From positions 3,658,001 through 3,722,000 of the forward strand of contig JAQOWU010000008.1 of assembly GCA_030867685.1 (NCBI GenBank): a stretch of 64,000 nt of DNA, written 5' to 3'. The translations under genes were made by a program, and so were the position numbers. Below the pieces are notes generated by a model, which was not told the DNA's origin, did no database searches, and saw nothing but the letters and a program-made list of their open reading frames with translations. This DNA is from Wickerhamiella versatilis (taxonomy: Eukaryota). Positions 10,290-20,435 of the stretch are shown in pieces; the first letter of the stretch is position 1, and each line of letters starts with the position of its first letter.

Positions 10290-12092
10290 ATGAACGCGGG
10301 CTCCGAATCCCTGCTTCCACATGGTGAAGACGTTCGCAGAAGAAACCAAAGATCACGATTGAGTTGTATCTGGGGACCGGAAAATGCTGTTGATCCAAGT
10401 TTGACCTTGTGGCCTCGGAAAGTACAGGAATGGCCTTATCACGTGCATCGGAAGCTACCTTCATGGTTTCAAAAATCGTGCTTAATTGCTACCCTTATAC
10501 TTTGCTTTTTCACAAATGTTCTTATCTCGAGTAAGGGATACTATTCAGCTGCTATTATCGATGGTAACGATGATGTGGATGTCTTAAAATGCGGTATGGA
10601 AAAGCAGGTTTGGAAGGGACCAGATACCCATTGTGGACTAAACGCCAGTGATTGCATTGGCGCTCATGAGAAGGAGCCTATATACAGATTCAAATGCCCT
10701 GCTGATTGTTTGAGGGAGAGTTGGACGTATCAACCGATGCCTGTTGGCGATCAAATTGCTATGAGAGAGTCTTTCGTTGTTGGAGGTGATAACTTATATA
10801 GAGCAGACTCTTTCCCTTGTGCTGCTGCACTTCATCGGGGGCTTTTGTCGAACAAGCGAGGTGGTTGTGCAGTGATCAAATTTAAAGGTTCCCAGAGGTC
10901 ATTTCCAGCAGAGGAAGGACAGTACGGCCTAAAAAGCCTGCAATTTGATACTGAGTTTCCGGAGAGTTATACTTTTGAAGAGACAAGTACCCTAGAGCAT
11001 TGTTATGACTTCAGATATTTACAGATGACTCTTAACTTTTTGTTTATTCTGGCGTTCGGTTATTTTGTGGAATCACCTCTTCTTTTCTTGTTGATTGAGG
11101 TTACTATAGGATTTTGGACCGTTTTCCTTGCCTCAAACCCTGTGCTTTCCGGTGGTAACCCCGAAAAGAACGCTGAGGTCGTTTCCATGGGATTTCGCCG
11201 GTTTCTTCCCTGTATTCTAGGAGCACTATCCATATACTATGTGGCATGTAAACGCGCACTGGGATCTGGTGGGAAAATGCGAGCGTACTTAACGCGTAGC
11301 CTTCTATGGGGAGGAGCCTTCTATTGTGGTATCTGTGAAAATTATGTATTCGGTGCAATTCCCATTGACAGACTCACTGTCAGTGATCTGAACAGCCAGG
11401 CAGGTGCCTGGACAGCCCTTATTATTATTTTAGTGTGCGTATTGGTCATAGCAGTGGGCCAGGCATATGTCATATGGAGAATGGGTAAGTTTTGGCCATA
11501 TCTGCTATCTTATTTGGCAGCAATTGCATCTCTTACTATATTGGCATGCTGGCCGAATGAGACTTTACGCATACATCATTATATATTAGCTCTTTTCCTA
11601 CTTCCTGGTACCAACTTTCAAACCACGCCGAGTCTTGTGTATAACGGTATTTTGGTAGGCCTTTATGTCGCTGGAGTTTCTAGATGGGGATTCGACTCTA
11701 TACTACAGACATCTACCCAGCTTGCTCGGGGCGGGCCACTTGGGGGATCAAGCGTCCCTACCTTTTTGGATCCTGTGATCAATGGGACAGTTGGTGATAT
11801 TGTACAGAATTATACTCTTCAATGGAAAGGCCTTGCTGAATCAAACATTAGTACCCATTTTGATGGGTTTTCGCTAATCATTAATGATGTTGAAAGGTAT
11901 CGTGGACCTGATACAAGTTTCAACCTTATCGACTGGGTCTTAGGCTCATTTGCTGATCCTGTACCCACGAAGTTTTATGTTCGCTTGGCATTTGCAGCTT
12001 TAGATGATTTGCATAGCACTGGTGCTTTCACACGTGCGGCCACAGTCTTTTTGAATGGAAATTGGACTATGCCCCTCCCAGGGACAACATGA
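10290..12092 (+). CDS. LCCL-domain multi-pass membrane protein
   Basis: CPADC, YRADSFPCAAALHRG, GGC (LCCL domain); RIHHYIL; multiple transmembrane segments. Confidence 0.85.
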   Translation: MNAGSESLLPHGEDVRRRNQRSRLSCIWGPENAVDPSLTLWPRKVQEWPYHVHRKLPSWFQKSCLIATLILCFFTNVLISSKGYYSAAIIDGNDDVDVLKCGMEKQVWKGPDTHCGLNASDCIGAHEKEPIYRFKCPADCLRESWTYQPMPVGDQIAMRESFVVGGDNLYRADSFPCAAALHRGLLSNKRGGCAVIKFKGSQRSFPAEEGQYGLKSLQFDTEFPESYTFEETSTLEHCYDFRYLQMTLNFLFILAFGYFVESPLLFLLIEVTIGFWTVFLASNPVLSGGNPEKNAEVVSMGFRRFLPCILGALSIYYVACKRALGSGGKMRAYLTRSLLWGGAFYCGICENYVFGAIPIDRLTVSDLNSQAGAWTALIIILVCVLVIAVGQAYVIWRMGKFWPYLLSYLAAIASLTILACWPNETLRIHHYILALFLLPGTNFQTTPSLVYNGILVGLYVAGVSRWGFDSILQTSTQLARGGPLGGSSVPTFLDPVINGTVGDIVQNYTLQWKGLAESNISTHFDGFSLIINDVERYRGPDTSFNLIDWVLGSFADPVPTKFYVRLAFAALDDLHSTGAFTRAATVFLNGNWTMPLPGTT

Positions 12093-12208
12093 ATCTGCAT
12101 TTATTACTTACGTTTAATTAGCAAAAAAATAAATATAATAAAGCTATATGCTATATCGTCGCTAGCTTGCCTCGGGCATGCCAAGCACTATTATTACCCT
12201 CAGTAAGA

Positions 12209-12529
12209 CTATGAATGTTGGCCAAGTCTCCTGGTCTTCACGTCAAGCTCGGCAGTCCATTCAGCTATTTCTTGTGCTGTCCGTTCAAGGTGACGTACGA
12301 GCTCCTCGACGTCATCAAGCTGTGTCACGGAATCAGCAAGCCTTCTCTGAGCCGCAGCATTGGCGTCTGCGATGGACTTAGCCGATCGCAAGTCTTGAGC
12401 GAGAGCATCGTAATTTTGAGAAGTATTCTCGGTGATGCGTTCTAGAAGCTCAATTTGTCCCACCGTAATATCAGTCTCATTCTCGAGAGCGTACCGAGCC
12501 GCCTCAATAGCCAGAGATACCCTGCGCAT
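12209..12529 (-). CDS. BLOC-1 subunit (Bli1/BLOS2-like)
   Basis: 106-aa helical protein with the pattern ELLE...Y...LDDVEELVRHLE...EIAEWTAELDVK. Confidence 0.65.
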   Translation of the reverse strand: MRRVSLAIEAARYALENETDITVGQIELLERITENTSQNYDALAQDLRSAKSIADANAAAQRRLADSVTQLDDVEELVRHLERTAQEIAEWTAELDVKTRRLGQHS

Positions 12530-12881
12530 CTCCTAATACCACTTAGCAGACCTAACCTAACCGCCGTGAAGTACGCAGCAAAATCAAGCTATACTATTTA
12601 CGCTAAACCTCATTCATTTAAAAATATAAGCAATATAAAGCTAGCTTTTTCTTCTTCAGACGTGCTGGAGGAATTTCTTGTATATATAATTGACAGCTTG
12701 GCGCACAAACGAAATACAGCGACTACTGCACGAAATTAATCTCTAGGGATTTATTCTCATTAGAAGCGTATTTCAATGAGCTTCGAGCATTTCTACACCT
12801 AATATTTCACATACATTATTTTTTTTTCCGATAGACATTCTGTCTATATAAACACTCGGTCGCGCCAAGCTAGCTGCTGAC

Positions 12882-14000
12882 ATGAGCCTTCCCCAGCTCA
12901 GACCACCGAGGGGTAGGCCGCCACCCAGGCGGCTCCGTCTGGCAACCGATATGAGAATACCCGAGGAGTCAGCTATTCCAGGGCCACCGCCAGTTCCGGT
13001 GCCAGTTCCAGCACCAATTCCCGTTCCGGTGCCAGTGTCAGCAACACCGCCTCATGCAGAATTTGCTCCAGAAATTATGCGATCAAAGGCAACCCATGAG
13101 TTCAGCCATATGACAGAAGAAAAATGGCTTCAGGCTTCGCACGAGGGTCGAATTTTGGCTCTAAAGAGGTTAGGTGAGGGCTCAAGTGGCTCCGTCCAAC
13201 TCTGCCAGTTAAAGGGCGTTCCTCGTGTGTTCGCTCTTAAGGAGATTGCGGCAGATCCAGACCCTAAGGTGCGCAAGCAGGTTTTGCGGGAGCTTCAATT
13301 CAATTCTACTTGTGATTCTCCCTACATAGTCAAGTACTATGGTGCCTTTCTAGTTGAAGAAGTCGGGAGTATTTTCATTGCAATGGAGTACTGCGAGGGT
13401 GGTTCTTTGGATGCCATTCTTAGGCGAGTGACAGCAAGAGGAGGTCGGATTGGTGAACGGGTACTGGCCCAAATTGCCGAGTCTGTTCTCCAAGGTATCG
13501 GCTACCTCTATGATAGGCAAATCATACATCGTGACATCAAGCCCCAGAATCTTCTACTTACATTAAATGGTGATATAAAGTTATGTGACTTTGGAGTTTC
13601 GGGCCAGGTAGTCAATTCATTGGCAACCACATTCACAGGAACATCGTATTATATGGCGCCTGAGCGCATCCGAGGGCAACCTTACACGGTAACGTCTGAC
13701 GTGTGGTCACTCGGAGTAACATTATTGGAAGTTGCGCAGGCGCGATTTCCATTCAACACAGGAGTAAGTCTGACCCCTATCGAGTTGCTCACGCAAATCG
13801 TCAATTCGCCAACACCTGAGCTTAAAGATGAGGGTGATATCAAATGGTCGGCGTCTTTCCGGCATTTCCTCAAATGCTGCTTAGAAAAGGACTTGAAAGT
13901 TCGTCCGTCGCCTAAAAAGTTGTTAACTCATCCCTGGATCACAGGAATGCGCAGTCGGCCCATAGACATGGCTCGCTTCGTTCAGGAGTGTCAAAGATAA
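12882..14000 (+). CDS. MKK1: MAP kinase kinase of the cell-wall-integrity pathway (Mkk1/2)
   Basis: LGEGSSGSV, RELQFN, IIHRDIKPQN, DFGVSGQVVNSLATTFTGTSYYMAPERI; N-terminal docking site and PV repeat. Confidence 0.93.
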   Translation: MSLPQLRPPRGRPPPRRLRLATDMRIPEESAIPGPPPVPVPVPAPIPVPVPVSATPPHAEFAPEIMRSKATHEFSHMTEEKWLQASHEGRILALKRLGEGSSGSVQLCQLKGVPRVFALKEIAADPDPKVRKQVLRELQFNSTCDSPYIVKYYGAFLVEEVGSIFIAMEYCEGGSLDAILRRVTARGGRIGERVLAQIAESVLQGIGYLYDRQIIHRDIKPQNLLLTLNGDIKLCDFGVSGQVVNSLATTFTGTSYYMAPERIRGQPYTVTSDVWSLGVTLLEVAQARFPFNTGVSLTPIELLTQIVNSPTPELKDEGDIKWSASFRHFLKCCLEKDLKVRPSPKKLLTHPWITGMRSRPIDMARFVQECQR

Positions 14001-14040
14001 CAAAATTAAAAAGGAATAGTGACATTATTGCTACGTAAAT

Positions 14041-15735
14041 CTACCAAGTTTCTTGTATATATAATCCCTGTTTTTCTTTTGCGCGGACAACTGCTTCCGC
14101 ATTCTCACTGATATAGCCATTTTTACACAATGCATCCGCGATGGCTGCTCTCACCGCATTTGGCATCTGCCCAGATGATCCGCAGACATAGATTAAAGCA
14201 TTTGGAAAAATTTCTGACACCTTTTTGTGAGATTCAGTAATTTTTTGCTGCACGTATCCTCCACCCTGCCGGGAAAATGCTGGATACATATGTATTTTCA
14301 AATTGAGATTTTCTAATTCATCGTGATATAGCCAGTCTTTATCTTTGGCCCTGCAACCAAAGAAAAGAAGAATTTCATTCGAAGAATTTGCTGTCAACAA
14401 AAGTGAGCGAATAGGCGCAATTCCCGTACCAGTGGCAATTAAAATAGCTGGACGGGTTTCAAGCAAATTCTTCAAATGTGATTGATTATGTTGGAGTGTG
14501 AAGTTAATGCTATCACCTGGTTTTTTTGATTCGAGCCATGCCGTGCAAAGCCCTCTCCTGATCCGTCTTAGTATTGTACGGTAGCGTACAATGGCTACAC
14601 ACAGTTCAATATAAGGTGAATTGGCCCGAGATGCAATTGAAAATTGGCGCCTGCGAAGGGGTGGCAAAAGGTCTAATATATACGTTACTGGTATCTTCAG
14701 TGACGAAAATTCTAGTATGGTTTCGACGATGGATCTCCGTGGGCGGTTTGCATAGTCATAAAGGTCTTGGAGGGCGTCACCAGTGCCATACCCGAATTCT
14801 GCCAAACGCTCTTGTTCCATTGGATCAGATGCAAAGTGAGAAGCGAGGGCAAAAAAATGGCGTCGAGGGATAGCATTAAGATCCAAATGGTATTTAAGCA
14901 AAGTTCGAAGCGTTGGGGGTGCTACTACTTGTGTGTCCTGCAAGGATATCCAATCCTCATCGACGTGAAGAACAGTTTCAGCTGGCCAATCTTGGTTTTT
15001 TAAAAGGGCATCAACAACCTCATCTGCATTGGCTGGATAAAGTGACAAAATATCCCCGGGGCCATAGTTGGTATCGTGTGCTTCAATTACTACATGGCGG
15101 ACATCTTGGAAGTGATCTGATGCAGTGATACGCGAATTTTTCACCACAGTGCCAGATAAATATCGAGGGCCTTTGGGGTATTGGTCCTCAGCATATTCTC
15201 CTTTCTCTTTTGAATATAATAGAGGATATCTTGGCTCTAGCAGAGCTGAAGTAGGTAGCACCTGTGTGACTTTAACCCGCTGGTCGAAGGATTCTAGAGC
15301 AAGTTCAAGCCATCGGTCAAACACAATCTCATAGCCCTCTGAACTTTGTTCATCACCCTCTCCGCGTCCTATGAGGTCACTGGCGCCTAGCTGTGCAAGG
15401 CGTGCGTGCACCTTTCTCACTGCCCAGTTGAATCTCGGATAAGAAGAATCACCAAGCCCGAAAAGAGCAACTTCGCAATTCGACAGTAAATTATTTGGAG
15501 TACTTTTTCGTAAAAGTTGTGGCCATGTAGGCTGTGCATTTGAAGGAAGCGCTCCCTGGCCAGTCGTAGAAATCGTTGCAAATAAGATATCTGTTGCTGC
15601 CAGATCTGACAATCTCAACGCCCCCAGGGGCTGGCAAGGAGCTTCAAAACTTCTACGTCGTAGTCTATCACTCACTATGTCCGCAAGTTCTGCCGCATTT
15701 CCCGACTCAGAGACATAGACGACTCTCACTCGCAT
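14041..15735 (-). CDS. TAH18: NADPH-dependent diflavin reductase (Tah18/NDOR1)
   Basis: Flavodoxin motifs SESGNA, STTGQG, GLGDSSYPRFN; RQFSIAS; TGTGIAP; C-terminal QETW. Confidence 0.92.
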   Translation of the reverse strand: MRVRVVYVSESGNAAELADIVSDRLRRRSFEAPCQPLGALRLSDLAATDILFATISTTGQGALPSNAQPTWPQLLRKSTPNNLLSNCEVALFGLGDSSYPRFNWAVRKVHARLAQLGASDLIGRGEGDEQSSEGYEIVFDRWLELALESFDQRVKVTQVLPTSALLEPRYPLLYSKEKGEYAEDQYPKGPRYLSGTVVKNSRITASDHFQDVRHVVIEAHDTNYGPGDILSLYPANADEVVDALLKNQDWPAETVLHVDEDWISLQDTQVVAPPTLRTLLKYHLDLNAIPRRHFFALASHFASDPMEQERLAEFGYGTGDALQDLYDYANRPRRSIVETILEFSSLKIPVTYILDLLPPLRRRQFSIASRANSPYIELCVAIVRYRTILRRIRRGLCTAWLESKKPGDSINFTLQHNQSHLKNLLETRPAILIATGTGIAPIRSLLLTANSSNEILLFFGCRAKDKDWLYHDELENLNLKIHMYPAFSRQGGGYVQQKITESHKKVSEIFPNALIYVCGSSGQMPNAVRAAIADALCKNGYISENAEAVVRAKEKQGLYIQETW

Positions 15736-15921
15736 GACTTAATCATGTGAGAAAGATGAAAACAGTATAAGAAGAAAGTCTTAGACATTTGAGGCATTAA
15801 GGCTGTGTATATACATATAAATATATCTTAAGAAATTTGCTATGTCGTCGAATACACAATACCCACTTGGTTGGATGTTTCGCATTTTTCGAAACGCGAT
15901 CTTACTTAATTTCTTGTCATA

Positions 15922-16572
15922 ATGCTACGACGAACTTTGGTGGCGAGACCTTCCTTGCGCTTAGCACAAGCTCTTCCACGTACCGGGACGCTCAGACCGA
16001 TCCGTTTTTATTCTGATGAGACAGCAAAAGCGGAGCCACAGGCGGCGAACGAGTCTCAAGCTGAACCATCAGAACTTGAGACATTACGGGCGAAATTTGA
16101 GGCTAAGGATAAAGAAGCCGCTCAATATAAAGAGCGCTGGCAACATTCAGTAGCAGATTTCCGTAATCTCCAAAAAACAGCTGCTGGTGAGATGGAGAAG
16201 GCCAAGTCGTTTGCACTACAAAAGTTTGCTAAGGACCTGATCGAGTCTGTGGACAACTTCGATCTTGCGATGAAGGCAGTTGACGAGTCACATCTGAAAG
16301 GTGATCACAACAAGGAATTTGCGGAGTTTCACAAGGGTATTCACATGGTCCAGCAGGTTCTTGAGCGTACCCTCGACAAGCATGGGGTAAGTAAGATGGT
16401 GCCAATTGGGGAAAAGTACGACCCTAATCTGCACGAGGCGCTCTTCCAAGTTCCCCAGGAAGGAAAGGAACCAGGAACTATATTCCATGTCGACCGGACT
16501 GGCTTCCAACTGAATGGACGTGTTCTTCGGGCTCCTAAGGTAGGAATTGTAGCCGATCAAGATAACAATTGA
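15922..16572 (+). CDS. MGE1: Mitochondrial GrpE nucleotide exchange factor
   Basis: Presequence; ADFRNLQ, FAKDLIESVDNF, DPNLHEA, GRVLRAPKVGI. Confidence 0.95.
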   Translation: MLRRTLVARPSLRLAQALPRTGTLRPIRFYSDETAKAEPQAANESQAEPSELETLRAKFEAKDKEAAQYKERWQHSVADFRNLQKTAAGEMEKAKSFALQKFAKDLIESVDNFDLAMKAVDESHLKGDHNKEFAEFHKGIHMVQQVLERTLDKHGVSKMVPIGEKYDPNLHEALFQVPQEGKEPGTIFHVDRTGFQLNGRVLRAPKVGIVADQDNN

Positions 16573-16602
16573 GGTAGCTTATGTACATAGTTTTTTTGTG
16601 AT

Positions 16603-17904
16603 CTATCTGATCTCTACTCCTTTTTCTCCCAACGCGTTTAGTACTTTGCCTTGTATGGCATTAATCTCATCGTTGGTCAATGTGCGCTCCATGCTCTGGT
16701 AATTTATCCTAAAACACCAACTTCTCCGTTTTGTTTTGGGATGAACAAAGTCATCCAAAAGTGTCACTGATTCCACCAGATCACCTCCTTGAGTCCGGAT
16801 CAGCTCCATTATATCGTTTTCATGTAATTCCTTTTCTGGGAGCCAGAATGTAACATCTCGGTGGGAACCAGGAAACTTGGACCAGGGTTGAAATGTTGTG
16901 ACCTCTCCCTCGTGAAACTGTTGTAAAAACTTGGGGTCCCTTGACCAAAATAGGCGAATATCGGGTATACCAAATAGAATCATAGCTGATCGTTCCAGTC
17001 CTACACCAAACGCCCATCCCACGCAGTCTCCCATTCCAGCACGTTCATACAGGTGGTGCTGTACTATACCGCAGCCACACATTTCGAGCCAGTCACCTTT
17101 CCACCATATCTCGATTTCCCAAGAGGGTCCAGTCCAGGGGAAGTACGCCTCAACCCAACGTGCTTTCAAAGGCTGCTCCAGGTCAGGATCTCTGCTTCCG
17201 GCTTCTATAGCAGCCTTCTTTGCTCTAGCAAATAAATCAACCATAATGAGCTCCACTGTTCTCTTCAAGTGTTTGCCTAGCAATTCACACTCTCCAGCCG
17301 ACTGCACATCTTGTTTTGGATTAGATGCCTGGAAAGGAGGATTCGAATCTTCAACTATCATATCAGCCTCAGGCAAACTGGCGAGATCATCCTTTAGCGT
17401 CTGTATAAGATCAGGACTGCGTTTCCATGTGCGAGCACCTTCCATTTGATGAAATACTGGATAATGTGTACGATCTATAGTGTCCCGGCGATAAACATCG
17501 GCACAAATAAGGTACCCTGGGGTTGGGCATGTCTTGAAGCATTGCAGCTCATGGGCTGAGGTATGCGTTCGGAGTAGAGTATCACGGTTGATGTAGTACG
17601 TATCAGTTTTAGACCGACCTGAATGATCATCAGGAAAGCCTAATGCATCAAAATTCTCATATTTAGAAACCACCGGCGGGAACTTATTGTAGCATGTAAA
17701 GCCCAATCCCGATAGACGGTTCTCAATAATAGTACTAATAATTCCAATAGGGTGGTTCGGTTCACGATGGAGATCTCGGCCAACCATCTCAATAATTGAT
17801 GGTGGTATATTTGTCCACTCATCAGTTGGATAGGAGCTCTTACCTATTTTAAGAGTCGAAAAAAACTTTATCCTTCGGCTTGACTTCAACAAGCGGTGAA
17901 GCAT
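16603..17904 (-). CDS. MSF1: Mitochondrial phenylalanyl-tRNA synthetase
   Basis: LRTHTSAH, VYRRDTIDRTHYPVFHQMEG, YFPWTGPSWE, GWAFGVGLER, FDX-ACB tail. Confidence 0.95.
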   Translation of the reverse strand: MLHRLLKSSRRIKFFSTLKIGKSSYPTDEWTNIPPSIIEMVGRDLHREPNHPIGIISTIIENRLSGLGFTCYNKFPPVVSKYENFDALGFPDDHSGRSKTDTYYINRDTLLRTHTSAHELQCFKTCPTPGYLICADVYRRDTIDRTHYPVFHQMEGARTWKRSPDLIQTLKDDLASLPEADMIVEDSNPPFQASNPKQDVQSAGECELLGKHLKRTVELIMVDLFARAKKAAIEAGSRDPDLEQPLKARWVEAYFPWTGPSWEIEIWWKGDWLEMCGCGIVQHHLYERAGMGDCVGWAFGVGLERSAMILFGIPDIRLFWSRDPKFLQQFHEGEVTTFQPWSKFPGSHRDVTFWLPEKELHENDIMELIRTQGGDLVESVTLLDDFVHPKTKRRSWCFRINYQSMERTLTNDEINAIQGKVLNALGEKGVEIR

Positions 17905-17968
17905 TATTAGTGGCAGTCAGTACTACACACCTTCGGCGTGATCAGTTGTTAGTCATCTGATTTGGACT

Positions 17969-18643
17969 ATGTTTAAACCGAACACAGGTCCTCTTATTGG
18001 TGGTCTTGCCCCAGTATTTGCCAGTTTTCGGACTGCACTACGTGGACAGGTAAGACTCAAGCATCAGTATGAACCGAGGTTAGCCCCTCGGGCTCGAAAA
18101 TTTAAGGGTCGTGTACCGGTGCGAACAGGCGGTAGTATAAAAGGCTCAACCTTGGAGTTCGGCATATACGGGCTTCGGCTTAAATCTGAAGGTGTGAGGT
18201 TGAAGGCTATCCAGCTGAAAGAGGCTGATAATTCGATTATGAGGGCGTTGAGACCTCTTGGTGGTAAGTTAATCCGCCGTCTACATACAAATTTATCTGT
18301 GTGTATAAAAGGAAACGAGACCCGTATGGGTAAAGGTAAAGGGTCGTTTGAGTACTGGGCTGTTCGTGTGCCCACAGGAAAGGTTATATTTGAGATTGAC
18401 GGGAAAGGAGTTCCCGAGCAAGTTGCAAAGGAAGCATTGCGGATTGCCAAAGATAAGCTGCCTGGAAACTACGAATTCATTACGCGGGAGAGTCTTCCTA
18501 AGGCAGGTTTTAAATCAGTCTCGAAGCCTGAGGACAGGCCAGTGATCGACTGGTTCGCAGAGGTCGCAAAGCACCCCAGTAGAAAATGGGCTAATTGGCA
18601 ACAGGCTCGAAACCCCGAAATTCGGAAGTTTTTGAGAAGATAG
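17969..18643 (+). CDS. MRPL16: Mitochondrial ribosomal protein uL16m
   Basis: [32 protein letters not shown]. Confidence 0.95.
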   Translation: MFKPNTGPLIGGLAPVFASFRTALRGQVRLKHQYEPRLAPRARKFKGRVPVRTGGSIKGSTLEFGIYGLRLKSEGVRLKAIQLKEADNSIMRALRPLGGKLIRRLHTNLSVCIKGNETRMGKGKGSFEYWAVRVPTGKVIFEIDGKGVPEQVAKEALRIAKDKLPGNYEFITRESLPKAGFKSVSKPEDRPVIDWFAEVAKHPSRKWANWQQARNPEIRKFLRR

Positions 18644-18668
18644 TTACATTCTGTACATAATTTTAAAG

Positions 18669-19715
18669 CTACTTAGCAAGCTCTAGTATACGCATTACCC
18701 CTGCCACAAATGCCTCAATATGAAATATTGCTTTAGACCCAAGTCTGAGCCGATGGTCGAACTTTGCAGCTATTTCAATAATCTGTGGTGCCACATTAGA
18801 GCTAACTTTTCGCAAAATCATAAGCGTCAGCGTTTTCAAAATTATCGCTGGAGGCACACAGCGGGCTATAAGCTCGTATGTCGTACCGCGGATATCAGAG
18901 ATCTTTTGTACTGTATGAACTCGCACAATATCACCCGCCATGCGATCGATTACCTGCTCCCAATCAGCGACCGGTACCGGAGACGACGATGTAAGCTGCG
19001 GATTTTGAGCATACATGGCTTCAAGCATTAGTATTGCTCGTCTAAGGTTTCTTTGTGATGCATCGGCTATGTTAGCCAGGACAGCTTCCCGATCCTGAAT
19101 TTCAACATCTTCCGCTGATGCGATTTCTCCAAGCACTTTGATGATACTATCGATAGACGGTGAGGGAACCCGTATAAGTAGAGTTCGGCTCTGGATAGGA
19201 CCCATAATGGATGAAATGGAGGTGGCCAGCAGTATTAGCCGCAGGTTTGGGGAGTATATTTCCATGGTTCTTCGCAGAGCGGCTTGTGCATCCCGGCTTA
19301 AGAAATCAGCCTCATTGATTACCACCACCTTGAAACGAGTTTTAGCACCGAAGTCTACCTGTTGCGTCTGCGCGATTTCCTTCAGCAGATCCTGTATCAC
19401 AAATCTGTCCTGATTCCCCGCCTCTGAGGGAGTGATTTCCACATGATGGACACTGGACACTAAATTAATTTCAATCTTGCGGGTACCAGCTTCCAACATA
19501 CGTGATTCAATTTTCACCTTCAAGGCTCCCGGGCCATATAGTTCGCGTAGAATGCAGGCCACTCGCGTCTGCTTTCCTGCACCAGGGGGTCCATAAACAA
19601 GAATATGCGGGAAGTCTTCCTCAGATGAGAGTTTTCGTAACGATGCAGTTAGCTTCTCATGGAAGTCGAGTTCATCAAGGCTTTTGGGGCGATACTTATG
19701 GACCCACAATGCCAT
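18669..19715 (-). CDS. RFC5: Replication factor C subunit 5
   Basis: LWVHKYRP, GPPGAGK, INEAD, AQAALRRTME, GSKAIFHIEAF. Confidence 0.95.
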   Translation of the reverse strand: MALWVHKYRPKSLDELDFHEKLTASLRKLSSEEDFPHILVYGPPGAGKQTRVACILRELYGPGALKVKIESRMLEAGTRKIEINLVSSVHHVEITPSEAGNQDRFVIQDLLKEIAQTQQVDFGAKTRFKVVVINEADFLSRDAQAALRRTMEIYSPNLRLILLATSISSIMGPIQSRTLLIRVPSPSIDSIIKVLGEIASAEDVEIQDREAVLANIADASQRNLRRAILMLEAMYAQNPQLTSSSPVPVADWEQVIDRMAGDIVRVHTVQKISDIRGTTYELIARCVPPAIILKTLTLMILRKVSSNVAPQIIEIAAKFDHRLRLGSKAIFHIEAFVAGVMRILELAK

Positions 19716-19740
19716 TATTTGATGACTAACAAATATTATG

Positions 19741-19746
19741 ACGCGT
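19741..19746. promoter_or_regulatory. MCB box (ACGCGT) upstream of RFC5
   Basis: Exact MluI cell-cycle box about 25 bp upstream of a replication gene's ATG. Confidence 0.5.
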
Positions 19747-20435
19747 TCGCACCACCAGAGACAAAAGCCGTTAAAGGTACCTAATATTAGTGGAAGTAAT
19801 ACGACCCCATTTAGGAAATAATCTCACGAGATTGCTTGTAAGTTTACCTATCTAAACGTGATTTCCTTAGCCAATCATATGGCTCTCAAATATTAATTCC
19901 ACCATCGTAGAGCACTGGCCGTGTATCGATCCACTCATTGAAGAAGTTGAAAACCTTCAACCATACAAGCGCAAGCGCAGCCTTACCTCAACAAGAAAAA
20001 AATCATCAATGCACCAGGAGGCTTGTCACTAAGATGAACGGTTCTAGCCTAAATATTCTAGCACCTAGATAAGCCAATGCATACTGTGTACGGTGGATAC
20101 GTGGGGCATTTCCAATTCGAATAGCGACGTAATCATTTACCCGAAAAGTTCTTGAGACAGGCCGCTTGCTTACAGCAGACAAAACGCATGTCTGCTGATG
20201 CTCCACCAGCAGCTAATTTTTAAGCAAAAATGACCAGATCTTTAATCAGAACAGTTTTACTGGACTTAATTCTGAATCAGAAGCAAGGGAATTCCATTGC
20301 TAGGGACGGGGATTTGCAAAATAGGTAGTATAACCTAACCGCGTGCAGGCTGTGTGATATGTTAGTCACAAATTACTGTGAATAAACACTGGGAGCACTG
20401 ACAGCTATTTCGAGGACCACCACCCGGAACTGAAT

